NCBI GenBank assembly: GCA_038212275.1
Contig: JBBQUR010000001.1
Span: 192,001 to 256,000 of the forward strand
Length of the DNA stretch: 64,000 bases
Source of the DNA: Planctomycetota bacterium
GTDB lineage: Bacteria; Planctomycetota; B15-G4
Reading direction: 5' to 3'
Part shown: positions 1 to 8,105 of the stretch, in pieces
How positions within the stretch are numbered: position 1 is the first letter of the stretch
How the letters are laid out: every line of letters starts with the position of its first letter
Notes under the pieces: generated by a model
The model's database searches: none
Seen by the model: only the letters and a program-made list of their open reading frames with translations
Told to the model about the DNA's origin: nothing
Program-made: the position numbers and the translations under genes

Positions 1-1395
1 CGCGTCGACGCGATCGACCGAGTCGATGGCCAGGTGGTGCGGCGGGAACAGTCCCGTGAAGAGCGAGGCGTGCGTCGGCAGGGTGTAGGACGCGGTGGCT
101 ACCGTGTCGGTGAAGACGGTGGACTGGCTGGCAAGCTGGTCCAGGAAGGGCGACGTCGGGCGATCGTAGCCAAGGAAGCCGAGATGATCCGCGCGCAGCG
201 TGTCGATCGAGATGAGCAGCAGCGACGGCGCGTCGGGGTGCTCGGGACCTCGGACCTTGGGTTGCCCGAACACCATCGCGGCGTCGCCGGTCACGGAGAA
301 CTCCACGGTGACGGGGCCGTCGATGCCCTCGGGCCACGGAAGCAGCCGATCCGTGAACCGCGGCGCCTGTCCTGCGGCGCACGTCCGCTCGCTGAACTGC
401 GCGATGAGATGGTTGCCAGGCTGCAGCACGATGCTCCACTCGGTCGGTGCGTCGGGCTTCACCGAAGGGCTCGGGTCGGGGCAGGTGCCCACCGCGATGT
501 CGACGGCGCCGTCCGGAACATCGAGCGGAATCGCGAGCGTCTGCCCGGGCGGGACACGGGCCGAGATGCGGTACTGGCCGGAGATGGTGAGGCCGGCGAT
601 GGCCACCGTCGCGTCGTCGGTCGGCAACTCCGAACGCGCGTCGTAGCCGAGCCGCAGCGAGGGAATGGCCGACAGCGAAACGCTGTCGATGAGCAGCGGG
701 GCGTCCAGCGTCGTGAGCATCACCAGGAAGCTCTCGGTCCTTCCGTCGGCGACCTCGACGTCCGCGAAGGTGCGGGCTTCGGCAAAGCCTGAGTCCGCGT
801 CGACGCGCCACTCGGCCTTCGGATGGAGCGTGGCCTGCAGCAGCAGACCTGCCATCGCGGTGGCCGCTCCTGCTTCGGAGAATCGTCCCTCGGCGAGATC
901 CCGGTTCTTGAGGTTGTGCGTCCACGCCAGGCTCAGGTGAGGGCAGGGTCTGCCGGCCTTCGAGGGTGAGCCTTGCAGGAACGCCGACAGCGTGTAACGC
1001 GCGCTCATCGACACGGGAACCTGGCGCACGAGAGCGCAGTCGGGAGGCAGGACGACCTCGCCGGGCCGCGCGCCGAGGCCCGGCACGTCCCCTGCCGGCA
1101 CCAGCGAGACATGGCCCTTCCCGGCCGTCCTCAGCAACCACCAATCGTCCAGCGTGTCGAGATCGTCGTCGAGGATGATCTGGCCATCGAAGGGGCGGGT
1201 CTCTCCCGTCTCGAGCTGGCGCAGCGGGAAGCGCGACGCCGCCGGTGCGATGTCGGGGCTCCGGTCGAAGGCGGTCGACAGGCCGAGCAGCGTGCAGAGC
1301 GCGAGCCGCGCCAGGAGGCGTCCGCAGCCCGTGACGTGGCGCGTGAGCGGGTCGGCCTGTGAGCAGATCTGCAACGGATGGCCTGCGTGGAGCAT
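1..1395 (-). CDS. Sulfatase-like (alkaline phosphatase superfamily) protein with long N-terminal extension; runs off the window start
   Basis: Not in the ORF track (no stop in window). Manual translation from ATG 1395 gives ...LLLISIDTLRADHLGFLGYDRPTSPFLDQLASQSTVFTDTVATASYTLPTHASLFTG..., the canonical sulfatase N-terminal block, with T-x-P-x-H at the nucleophile motif. Hydrophobic stretch near the N-terminus. Confidence 0.85.
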   Translation of the reverse strand, partial: MLHAGHPLQICSQADPLTRHVTGCGRLLARLALCTLLGLSTAFDRSPDIAPAASRFPLRQLETGETRPFDGQIILDDDLDTLDDWWLLRTAGKGHVSLVPAGDVPGLGARPGEVVLPPDCALVRQVPVSMSARYTLSAFLQGSPSKAGRPCPHLSLAWTHNLKNRDLAEGRFSEAGAATAMAGLLLQATLHPKAEWRVDADSGFAEARTFADVEVADGRTESFLVMLTTLDAPLLIDSVSLSAIPSLRLGYDARSELPTDDATVAIAGLTISGQYRISARVPPGQTLAIPLDVPDGAVDIAVGTCPDPSPSVKPDAPTEWSIVLQPGNHLIAQFSERTCAAGQAPRFTDRLLPWPEGIDGPVTVEFSVTGDAAMVFGQPKVRGPEHPDAPSLLLISIDTLRADHLGFLGYDRPTSPFLDQLASQSTVFTDTVATASYTLPTHASLFTGLFPPHHLAIDSVDRVDA

Positions 1396-1553
1396 GGCCC
1401 GGCGACTGACGCAACCTGCGCGCCAGCACGGTGTCGCGCCGGGCCTTCATGAACCGCTGGAAGCGATGATAGTGGCTCTCCGCCGACGGCGGTACTTTCC
1501 AGCCGATGCCGGGGATCGGGCCGTCGCGTGTCGCGTCCAGGCCGGCAGCCGGC

Positions 1554-3365
1554 TCAGGTCGTCGGGCTGCCCAGGAAGCGCAGGCAGGTCTCCAGAAGCC
1601 GCGCGCGGTCGACGGGCTTGGACACGTAGTCGTCGCAGCCGAAAGACAGGCACAGATCGCGGTCCGACACCATGCTGTTGGCGGTGAGCGCGACGATCGG
1701 CGCGGTGTAGCCGGCCGTGCGGAGCATGCGCGTCGCTTCGTTGCCGTCGAGCACGGGCATCTGCATGTCCATGAGAATCAGGTCGAAAGGACGCCCCTCG
1801 GACAGTGCCGCAAGTGCGAGGTCATGCGCCAGCCGGCCGTTCTCCGCAAGCACCACGTCGGTGCCGAGTCTGCGCAGCATGTGACTGATGAGGACCTGGT
1901 TGTCGCGCGTGTCCTCGGCCAGGAGCACGCGGCCGCGCAGGCGCACGGACGGTACGGGCTCCGCAGGCGGCTCGCGCGGACTCGTGGCGGCAGGCGCCGG
2001 GGAGCCGCATGCTTCTGACGGCGCGTCGAAGCTCGGCCGGATGAGCGGGACGTCGTCGAGCGCGCCGACATCCACGCACAGCGTGAAGCAGCTGCCGCGC
2101 CCCGGTTCGCTCTGCAGCAGGATGTCGCCGCCGAGCAGGCGTGCCAGTCGCCGCGAGATGGCCAGCCCGAGTCCCGTGCCTCCGAAGCGGCGTGTCGTCG
2201 AGGAGTCGGCCTGCGTGAATGGCTGGAACAGGGACGAGGCTTCCTCGCTCGTCAGGCCGATCCCGGTGTCCGTGACCAGGAAGTGCAGCTGCGGAGGACG
2301 GCCCGGCGACGCGAGGTTCCTGTCCGGCAGGCTGACACTCAGCGTCACGCCGCCCGTCGCGGTGAACTTGATCGCGTTGCCCGCGAGGTTGATCAGGATC
2401 TGGCGCAGGCGCGTCGGGTCGGTGCGGATCGTGGCGGGAATCGGCGTGCCCGCCGACAGGCTGAACGACAGGCCCTTTTCACCGGCACGCGCCTTCATGA
2501 GCGCCTCGACGTCGTGCATGAGCGCTGCGGGAGAGCACTCGGTGCACTCGACCGTCATCTTGCCGGCCTCGATCTTGGACAGGTCCAGGATGTCGTTGAT
2601 CACGGCAAGCAGGTGGTCGCCGTTGCGGCGGATGACCTGCGCGTGCATGCCGACGTCGCTGCGATGGATGTCGGGATCGGACAGCAGGTCCGCGAAACCG
2701 AGGATGGCGGTGAGCGGCGTGCGGATCTCGTGGCTCATGTTCGCCAGGAATTCCGACTTCGTCCGCGTCGCGGCCTGCGCCTCGAGCGTTGCGGCCTGCA
2801 GCAGGCGCGTGCGCTCCTCGACCATGGATTCCAGGTCGTCGGTGCGCATGCGCGCCTTGCCGAGCAGGTTGCGCTTCTCGGTGAGGGCAAGCGCGAGCTG
2901 GCACACCTCCACGGTGTCGAAGGGCTTCTTCAGGATGAGCAGCTGGTCATTCAGGCCGACGCGAGCGCGGATCTGCTCCAGCGAGTGGTCGCTGTAGGCG
3001 CTGCAGATGACCACCTGCAGGTCCGGGTCGATCTGCCAGAGGCGCGCGATGGTCTCGAGACCATCGATGCCGGGGGGCATGCGCATGTCCACGAACGCGA
3101 GCTGGTACGGCGTGCCGCACGCCATCGCCGTGCGCACGAGAACCAGTCCGGCCTCGCCCTGGCTGGCCGCATCCAGTTCGTACTCGTCGGAGCAGACAGT
3201 CGACACCGTTGCGGGCTCGTCGCCGAAGAGGCCGCTGCGCGCGGCGGCGAGTTCCTGGCGGACCGGGCTGGTCTCGGGCCGCAGGATCTTCCGGAAGTCG
3301 GCCAGGATCGACTCGTTGTCGTCGATCACGAGGATTCGTCTGCGGGTCGGGATGGGCGTGCTCAT
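1554..3365 (-). CDS. Hybrid histidine kinase/response regulator (REC-HisKA-HATPase-REC)
   Basis: ILVIDDN...FVDMRMPPGIDG receiver; FLANMSHEIRTPL H-box; NLAGNAIKFT, DTGIG, GGTGLGL boxes; C-terminal VLLAED...LILMDMQMP receiver. Confidence 0.95.
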   Translation of the reverse strand: MSTPIPTRRRILVIDDNESILADFRKILRPETSPVRQELAAARSGLFGDEPATVSTVCSDEYELDAASQGEAGLVLVRTAMACGTPYQLAFVDMRMPPGIDGLETIARLWQIDPDLQVVICSAYSDHSLEQIRARVGLNDQLLILKKPFDTVEVCQLALALTEKRNLLGKARMRTDDLESMVEERTRLLQAATLEAQAATRTKSEFLANMSHEIRTPLTAILGFADLLSDPDIHRSDVGMHAQVIRRNGDHLLAVINDILDLSKIEAGKMTVECTECSPAALMHDVEALMKARAGEKGLSFSLSAGTPIPATIRTDPTRLRQILINLAGNAIKFTATGGVTLSVSLPDRNLASPGRPPQLHFLVTDTGIGLTSEEASSLFQPFTQADSSTTRRFGGTGLGLAISRRLARLLGGDILLQSEPGRGSCFTLCVDVGALDDVPLIRPSFDAPSEACGSPAPAATSPREPPAEPVPSVRLRGRVLLAEDTRDNQVLISHMLRRLGTDVVLAENGRLAHDLALAALSEGRPFDLILMDMQMPVLDGNEATRMLRTAGYTAPIVALTANSMVSDRDLCLSFGCDDYVSKPVDRARLLETCLRFLGSPTT

Positions 3366-3368
3366 CGT

Positions 3369-5267
3369 TCAGGCCACCTTGCGCGCGAGTTGCAGGGGCA
3401 GGTCGAGACGGAAGCTGGCGCCGGTGCCGGGGCCGTCGCTGTGCGCGGAGAGCTCGCCGCCGAGTTCGCGCGCCGCATTGGCCGCGGAATGCAGGCCGAA
3501 GCCGTGGCCGTCCTGGCGCGTGGTGAACCCCTGGCGGAACAGTCCCTTCAGGTGCTCGCTGGAGATGCCCGGACCGTTGTCGGTCAACGTGATCCGCACG
3601 CGGTCTCCCGGCATGCGTGCCACGGTGATGGTCATGCGCGGGTCGGGAGTGTCCGCATCGCGCAGGGCCTGGTGCGCGTTCTTCACCAGGTTGACCAGGA
3701 TCTCGAGCAGCTTGTGCCGCCGCAGCAGCAGCCTGGGCAGCGGCTCGAAGCTGCGCACGATGGCCACCGGCGCCGCGCCCGGCAGCACGGGCGAGAGCCG
3801 CAGGGCAGCCTCGATCTGCTGGACCAGATCCAGCGGCTCGGGCTCGGCCTTCGCGCCCACGTTTTCCTGCTGTTCGTCCACGAGGGCGCGGATGTGCTCC
3901 ACGCCGCTCTCGAGCGAATGCAGTTCGGTGAGCATGCGCTCGCGCTCGTCCACGAGGCTTCTGGAGAAGGCTGCGAGAAAGGCCGGCAGGTGCCGGCCGC
4001 GGCTGTCCTCGGTGATGAAGCGTGCGAGGTCCTGCTCGTGCGTTGCGAGCGTCGTGGCGAGACGCGGGGCATCGGAGAGGCTTCCGGCGTTCACCTGTGC
4101 ATGCAGCGCGCCGGTGGACACGTTGACGCTGTTGAGCACGTTGCCCACGTTGTGCAGCACGGCGACGGCGACCTCCGCCTTGCCGTCGCGGTGCGCGCGT
4201 TCCAGCAGCTCCTCGTGGCTCCGCGCGAGTCGCTCGACCATGTCGTCGAAGGCTCGCGAGAGCAGGCCGAACTCGTCGCGGCGCTTGCTGTTCATGCGCT
4301 GCGCGAGGTCGCCGTTGCTGCCGACGGCGAAGACGTGACTGGAAAGCTCTCCCAGGGGCTTGAGGATGGCCTGACGCAGCAGGAAGAACAGGACCGCGAA
4401 CAGAAGCAGCGCCGCGACGAGCATCGACCCGAGCACGAAGGTGACGGCCTGGCGGCCCCGGGCCATCACGGCGCGAGGCAGGTCGGCGCGCACCAGCAGC
4501 GAGGGCCTTCCATCCACGGCCGGCAGCAACGTGAAGGCCAGCATCAGGTCGTCGTCCTGCGGCTGCAGGATGTCGTGCTCGCCCGAGAGCAGCGCCCCCA
4601 GCGCCTGCTGTTCCACGGGCTTCAGCGCCGTCGTCGCGAGCGTGATCGGGTCGATCGCCACCCTGGTCTGCGCGCACAGCTGCTGCACGCGTTCCGGCGT
4701 GAGCAGAACACCCATGATCAGCCAGCCGCGCATCGCTTCCTGCTTGAGGCTGTCCACGATGGGGCGGCTGGACACGAGCATGGTCCCGAGCTCGGTCGAG
4801 ACCAGTCCCTTGACACCCACCTCCGGGTCGGTGCTTGCGAGCAGCGGATGGTTCGTCGGCCAGGCCGTCGAGCCGAAGGCGCTCAGTTGCTGCGCCTCGT
4901 GATCATGGTCCGGGTGGCGGAAGCTGCAGAAGGGCACCTGGCCGTCCAGCGACTGGATGCGCACCACGTCGAAGTTGCCGTTCTCGTAGGCGGAGACCTG
5001 CAGGTTCGCGCGCACGTAATCGTCGTCGTGGTCGGCGACGAAGTGAAACGTGTCATCCCAGGACGCCCAGTCGTGGCAGAAGGAATCGAGCGTGTCGATG
5101 TCCTTCTCGAGCGCTTCGATGGCGCGCGCGAGATTCCGGTGCGACTGCTCGGCTTCCAGCTCCTGGAAACTGGGCAGCAGGATCATGCGCTGGATGCCGT
5201 ACACGCACGCGCCGAACAGCACGACCACGAAGAGCAGGCTGAGCAGAAGGTGCGTACGGATGGACAT
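3369..5267 (-). CDS. Membrane sensor histidine kinase (CHASE4-like periplasmic domain, HAMP, HATPase)
   Basis: Start MSIRTHLLLSLLF; two TM segments; DWASWDDTFHF (CHASE4-type); HAMP (RRDEFGLLSRAFDDM); LHNVGNVLN H-box; DNGPGI and GHGFGLH boxes; 3 bp from the downstream hybrid kinase. Confidence 0.9.
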   Translation of the reverse strand: MSIRTHLLLSLLFVVVLFGACVYGIQRMILLPSFQELEAEQSHRNLARAIEALEKDIDTLDSFCHDWASWDDTFHFVADHDDDYVRANLQVSAYENGNFDVVRIQSLDGQVPFCSFRHPDHDHEAQQLSAFGSTAWPTNHPLLASTDPEVGVKGLVSTELGTMLVSSRPIVDSLKQEAMRGWLIMGVLLTPERVQQLCAQTRVAIDPITLATTALKPVEQQALGALLSGEHDILQPQDDDLMLAFTLLPAVDGRPSLLVRADLPRAVMARGRQAVTFVLGSMLVAALLLFAVLFFLLRQAILKPLGELSSHVFAVGSNGDLAQRMNSKRRDEFGLLSRAFDDMVERLARSHEELLERAHRDGKAEVAVAVLHNVGNVLNSVNVSTGALHAQVNAGSLSDAPRLATTLATHEQDLARFITEDSRGRHLPAFLAAFSRSLVDERERMLTELHSLESGVEHIRALVDEQQENVGAKAEPEPLDLVQQIEAALRLSPVLPGAAPVAIVRSFEPLPRLLLRRHKLLEILVNLVKNAHQALRDADTPDPRMTITVARMPGDRVRITLTDNGPGISSEHLKGLFRQGFTTRQDGHGFGLHSAANAARELGGELSAHSDGPGTGASFRLDLPLQLARKVA

Positions 5268-5419
5268 GCCTGCAGCCCGAGGGAAAAGACTGTCCGTCCC
5301 TTCGACCGATTGTCGCGGCAAGCTTGACCGGTGCTGCGCGTAGGCATTGCGCCGCTCCCGCCGGCGTGCCCAGGGTGCGTGTTGGGCCCGATGCGCGCGG
5401 TGCACGATCCACCAGTGAC

Positions 5420-5973
5420 CTAGCAGTCGGCGCAGCCCTGGGCTCCCTGTTCGTCGGACGAACGGAGCGAGGCCAGCTCCGTCGGAGGTTCGACTCCCAG
5501 TACGCCGCGTTCGAGCGGCACCCACGCTGCAAGCACGTGGGACAGCGACGCGAGGTAGTTGCCGGCGAGCGCGGCTTCCGAGCCATCGGCCTTGCAGTAC
5601 ACGGCGGATGCGAAGGCGGGCACGGTGGCATCGCGGAGCCGGGCATCCCATGGCGCAGCGTGCCCAGCAGATCGTCGTCGCTGGGGTTGGCATTGTCGGT
5701 GGAGACGATGCGGAAGGTGCCGCTCACGAAGTTGCGCGGCTTGGGACTGAGCAGGTAGGCGGCCGGGCCGTCGCCGCGGCCGGCCTCGCCGTGGCACGTG
5801 GCGCAGTGGCGCGCGTAGAGCGTCGCACCGCTCGCCAGCACGCTGTCGTCCTAGCTGACGGACTGGCCCCGCGCCGGAGCCAGCAGCGTGGTCGTCAGGA
5901 TGATGGTCAGTCGCATGCACCCGCGCATGCTCGGCGCATGCATCCGGAACCATGACCTGCGCCATGTCCGCAT
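5420..5973 (-). pseudogene. Disrupted c-type cytochrome gene
   Basis: Signal-peptide-like segment, in-frame TAG at 5851-5853, then DDSVLASGATLYARHCATCHGEAGRGDGPAAYLLSPKPRNF...GMPGSAMPP, then a frame switch near 5621 into VPAFASAVY...ALAGNYLASL. Confidence 0.75.
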
Positions 5974-6040
5974 CGCGTTCTCCCGAACCAAGAGGCCATC
6001 TGCACAGGCCCCCTTGTCGCGCCGCGCCAAGCCCGCTTCC

Positions 6041-6054
6041 TTGACCGATGTCAA
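6041..6054. promoter_or_regulatory. FNR/DNR-type binding box TTGAC-CGAT-GTCAA
   Basis: Perfect 5-bp inverted arms with 4-bp spacer, about 70 bp upstream of the cytochrome c pseudogene start; same arms as the box at 59602. Confidence 0.75.
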
Positions 6055-6267
6055 TGTGCAGCGACACCGCCAGAGCGGCCGCGGATCGTCGGCATCGCGG
6101 GCCGTCCCGCTCGCGGCCGGCGGACGTGAGGCGTGCCAGCTGCTTGTGCGGGATGGGCCTGACGACGAAACTCGTCTGCGGAGTCGCAGCGTCGCGACGG
6201 GCGTTCGCCGTGCGAGCGTGGTCAGCTTGCGGGCGACCGCGAGTGGCAGCCCCGGGAGGATGAGTCA

Positions 6268-6864
6268 GTGAAGAGCGCGGTGTTCGTGTCCGGCCTGTGC
6301 GGCGTCGTCGCGGGTCTGCTGTTCGGGATGCTCGTGTGGGGTGGGGCGGGCGAGCCGGGCGCGCTGCCGTCCGCCGGCGTCAAGGCGGACGCCGAACTGC
6401 TCGCCACGCTGCGCGACCTGCGCGCGGCCGTCGACCGGCTGGCCGCGCGCGACGCGCTGCCGACCGGGCCCGCATCGGCCACCGCATCCGGCGCCGCCGC
6501 GCCCGCGCCGGTGCAGCCGCTGACCGCCGCGCCCTCGGCCGACGACTACCGCGTCGTGCTCGACCAGGCCGTCGCCGCGCTGCGCGAGGCGGCCAACGCG
6601 GGCAGCACCGGCTTCGCGGATCAGCCGGTGAGCCCCGATGCGGGCGACCGGTTGAAGCGGGCGTTCGCTTCCGACAAGGCGGTCTATCTCGAAATCTTCG
6701 GGTGTTCGCCGCGCGGCGTTTTCGCGAAGCTCGGCCGACCCTCATGGGTGGTACCCAACGATGGGCAAGTCGTCTGGCACTACACCGATGACGCCACGCG
6801 ACAAGACTTCGAGGTGAGGTTCATGGATGGGTATGTCTCGTCCTACTGGCTCAGGCAGCAGTGA
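6268..6864 (+). CDS. Hypothetical membrane-anchored/secreted protein with C-terminal BamE/SmpA-like small domain
   Basis: N-terminal hydrophobic helix, short coiled coil, Ala/Pro linker, then GCSPRGVFAKLGRPSWV...WHY...EVRFMDGYV pattern. Confidence 0.7.
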   Translation: MKSAVFVSGLCGVVAGLLFGMLVWGGAGEPGALPSAGVKADAELLATLRDLRAAVDRLAARDALPTGPASATASGAAAPAPVQPLTAAPSADDYRVVLDQAVAALREAANAGSTGFADQPVSPDAGDRLKRAFASDKAVYLEIFGCSPRGVFAKLGRPSWVVPNDGQVVWHYTDDATRQDFEVRFMDGYVSSYWLRQQ

Positions 6865-6984
6865 GCGTTCCGGGTCGCGCTCGATCGAGACCATGCGCAT
6901 GGCTGGATGCCCCTCTCCTGCCGGTTCCGGAGCCTCAGCTTCACCGTCGCGCTCTGAAAGCGGAGGGCGGCGTGCCGCGAAGGG

Positions 6985-7815
6985 TCACAGCGTGACGCCG
7001 AACAGTCCCTTGAGCGCGAGGCCGGCAACGATGGAAAGCACGAAGAAGGCGGCGAGGATGCCGCCCTCGCCACCGGGGAACCAGCCGAGATCCCTCTCGG
7101 GGTACTTCCAGCGGATCGTTTCCACGGGTGAGTCGCTCGGCAGGCCCTCTTCGCCCGGATAGAGGAAGCCTTCCCAGCTCTTGGTGCGCATGACCGGCAC
7201 GCGGCGGTTCTCGCCGCCCACGGCGATGCTCTTGGTCACCGCGCTGTCGCCGACGTGCACGGTGACGACGAGGTCGCCCGGCGCCTCGGTCCGCAGGCGC
7301 CACGCGATCTCGCCCCGGGCGGTGCGCACGGGTGGCGCGTCCTGCACCAGCCCCGGCGGAAGCTCCAGCGTCACGGCGGTGATCGGCACCGACAGATGCG
7401 CCGGATCGAGCTGGACCTCCAGGATTTCCACCGTGCCGACCGGAACCGGTGCGAAGGCGTATGTGGCCTCGAGCTGGAAGAGGATGGTCATCATCGGCAC
7501 GAACATGACCACCATCGGCAGCAGGTTGTGGCCGATGTACAGCGCGTTCTTCCACAGGATCTTCAGCGTTGCGGTGAAGACTCCGAGGATGTCCTCGTTG
7601 TAGAGGCGGATCTCGAGCAGGTGCACCTTGATGTCGTTCTTCGCCGCTGCGATGCCCTTCTGGTTGCTCGCGTGCTTGTAGACGATCAGCGCGACGATGC
7701 CGCCGAGAACGGACCAGAAGATGATGTCGGCCCACGGCGACCACGCGCGCTGCACGCCGAACGGGGCGAGCAGCACGCCGAAGATGGCCGAGGTGATGGC
7801 GTTGAACGTGTTCAT
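6985..7815 (-). CDS. Integral membrane protein, DUF106/EMC3/TMCO1-like (Oxa1 superfamily candidate)
   Basis: TM1 ending ALIVYK..SNQ, helical soluble segment, TM2 LLPMVVMFVPMMTILF, soluble beta-rich insert, C-terminal TM FFVLSIVAGLALKGLFGV; last gene of the operon. Confidence 0.6.
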   Translation of the reverse strand: MNTFNAITSAIFGVLLAPFGVQRAWSPWADIIFWSVLGGIVALIVYKHASNQKGIAAAKNDIKVHLLEIRLYNEDILGVFTATLKILWKNALYIGHNLLPMVVMFVPMMTILFQLEATYAFAPVPVGTVEILEVQLDPAHLSVPITAVTLELPPGLVQDAPPVRTARGEIAWRLRTEAPGDLVVTVHVGDSAVTKSIAVGGENRRVPVMRTKSWEGFLYPGEEGLPSDSPVETIRWKYPERDLGWFPGGEGGILAAFFVLSIVAGLALKGLFGVTL

Positions 7816-7828
7816 GGCATGCGGCTGC

Positions 7829-8023
7829 TCAGGAGATGTAGCCGAGTCCGCGCAGCTTGTTCTTGATGTCCTCGTCGCTCTCGGCGTCCTCGAACTGCTG
7901 CAGTTCCTTCTCGAGGATGTGCGTGATGAACTCCTCGACGGTGGCGTAACCGGCCGTGTCGGAGACCTTCTTCAGGCGCGCGATGAGGTCCTTGTCGAGC
8001 TTGACTTTGCCGCCACCGAACAT
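7829..8023 (-). CDS. Small ribbon-helix-helix (CopG-like) protein with C-terminal LRGLGYI tail
   Basis: 64 aa; KVKLDKDLIARLKKVSDTAGYATVEEFITHILEKEL RHH pattern; RBS GGGAG upstream. Confidence 0.8.
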   Translation of the reverse strand: MFGGGKVKLDKDLIARLKKVSDTAGYATVEEFITHILEKELQQFEDAESDEDIKNKLRGLGYIS

Positions 8024-8105
8024 GGTTGTCTCCCGTGAGTTGAGTTGCCGTCCGCCACCCGAGTGCGGCGGAGCGTCGTGCGTGACTTGCCTGGCTTGAA
8101 GTGTG

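Noticed and set aside
2283..5327. Long antisense/alternate-frame ORFs (e.g. 2283-5327 +, 8103-10385 +, 36104-39562 -, 60228-62591 -)
   Set aside because: Shadow ORFs of real genes, expected at about 70% GC; no motifs and atypical Arg/Ala/Gly-rich composition
5851..5853. In-frame TAG as pyrrolysine or recoding
   Set aside because: The gene also has a frame disruption, TAG serves as a normal stop elsewhere in the window (e.g. 17235-17237, 19472-19474), and no pyl genes are seen
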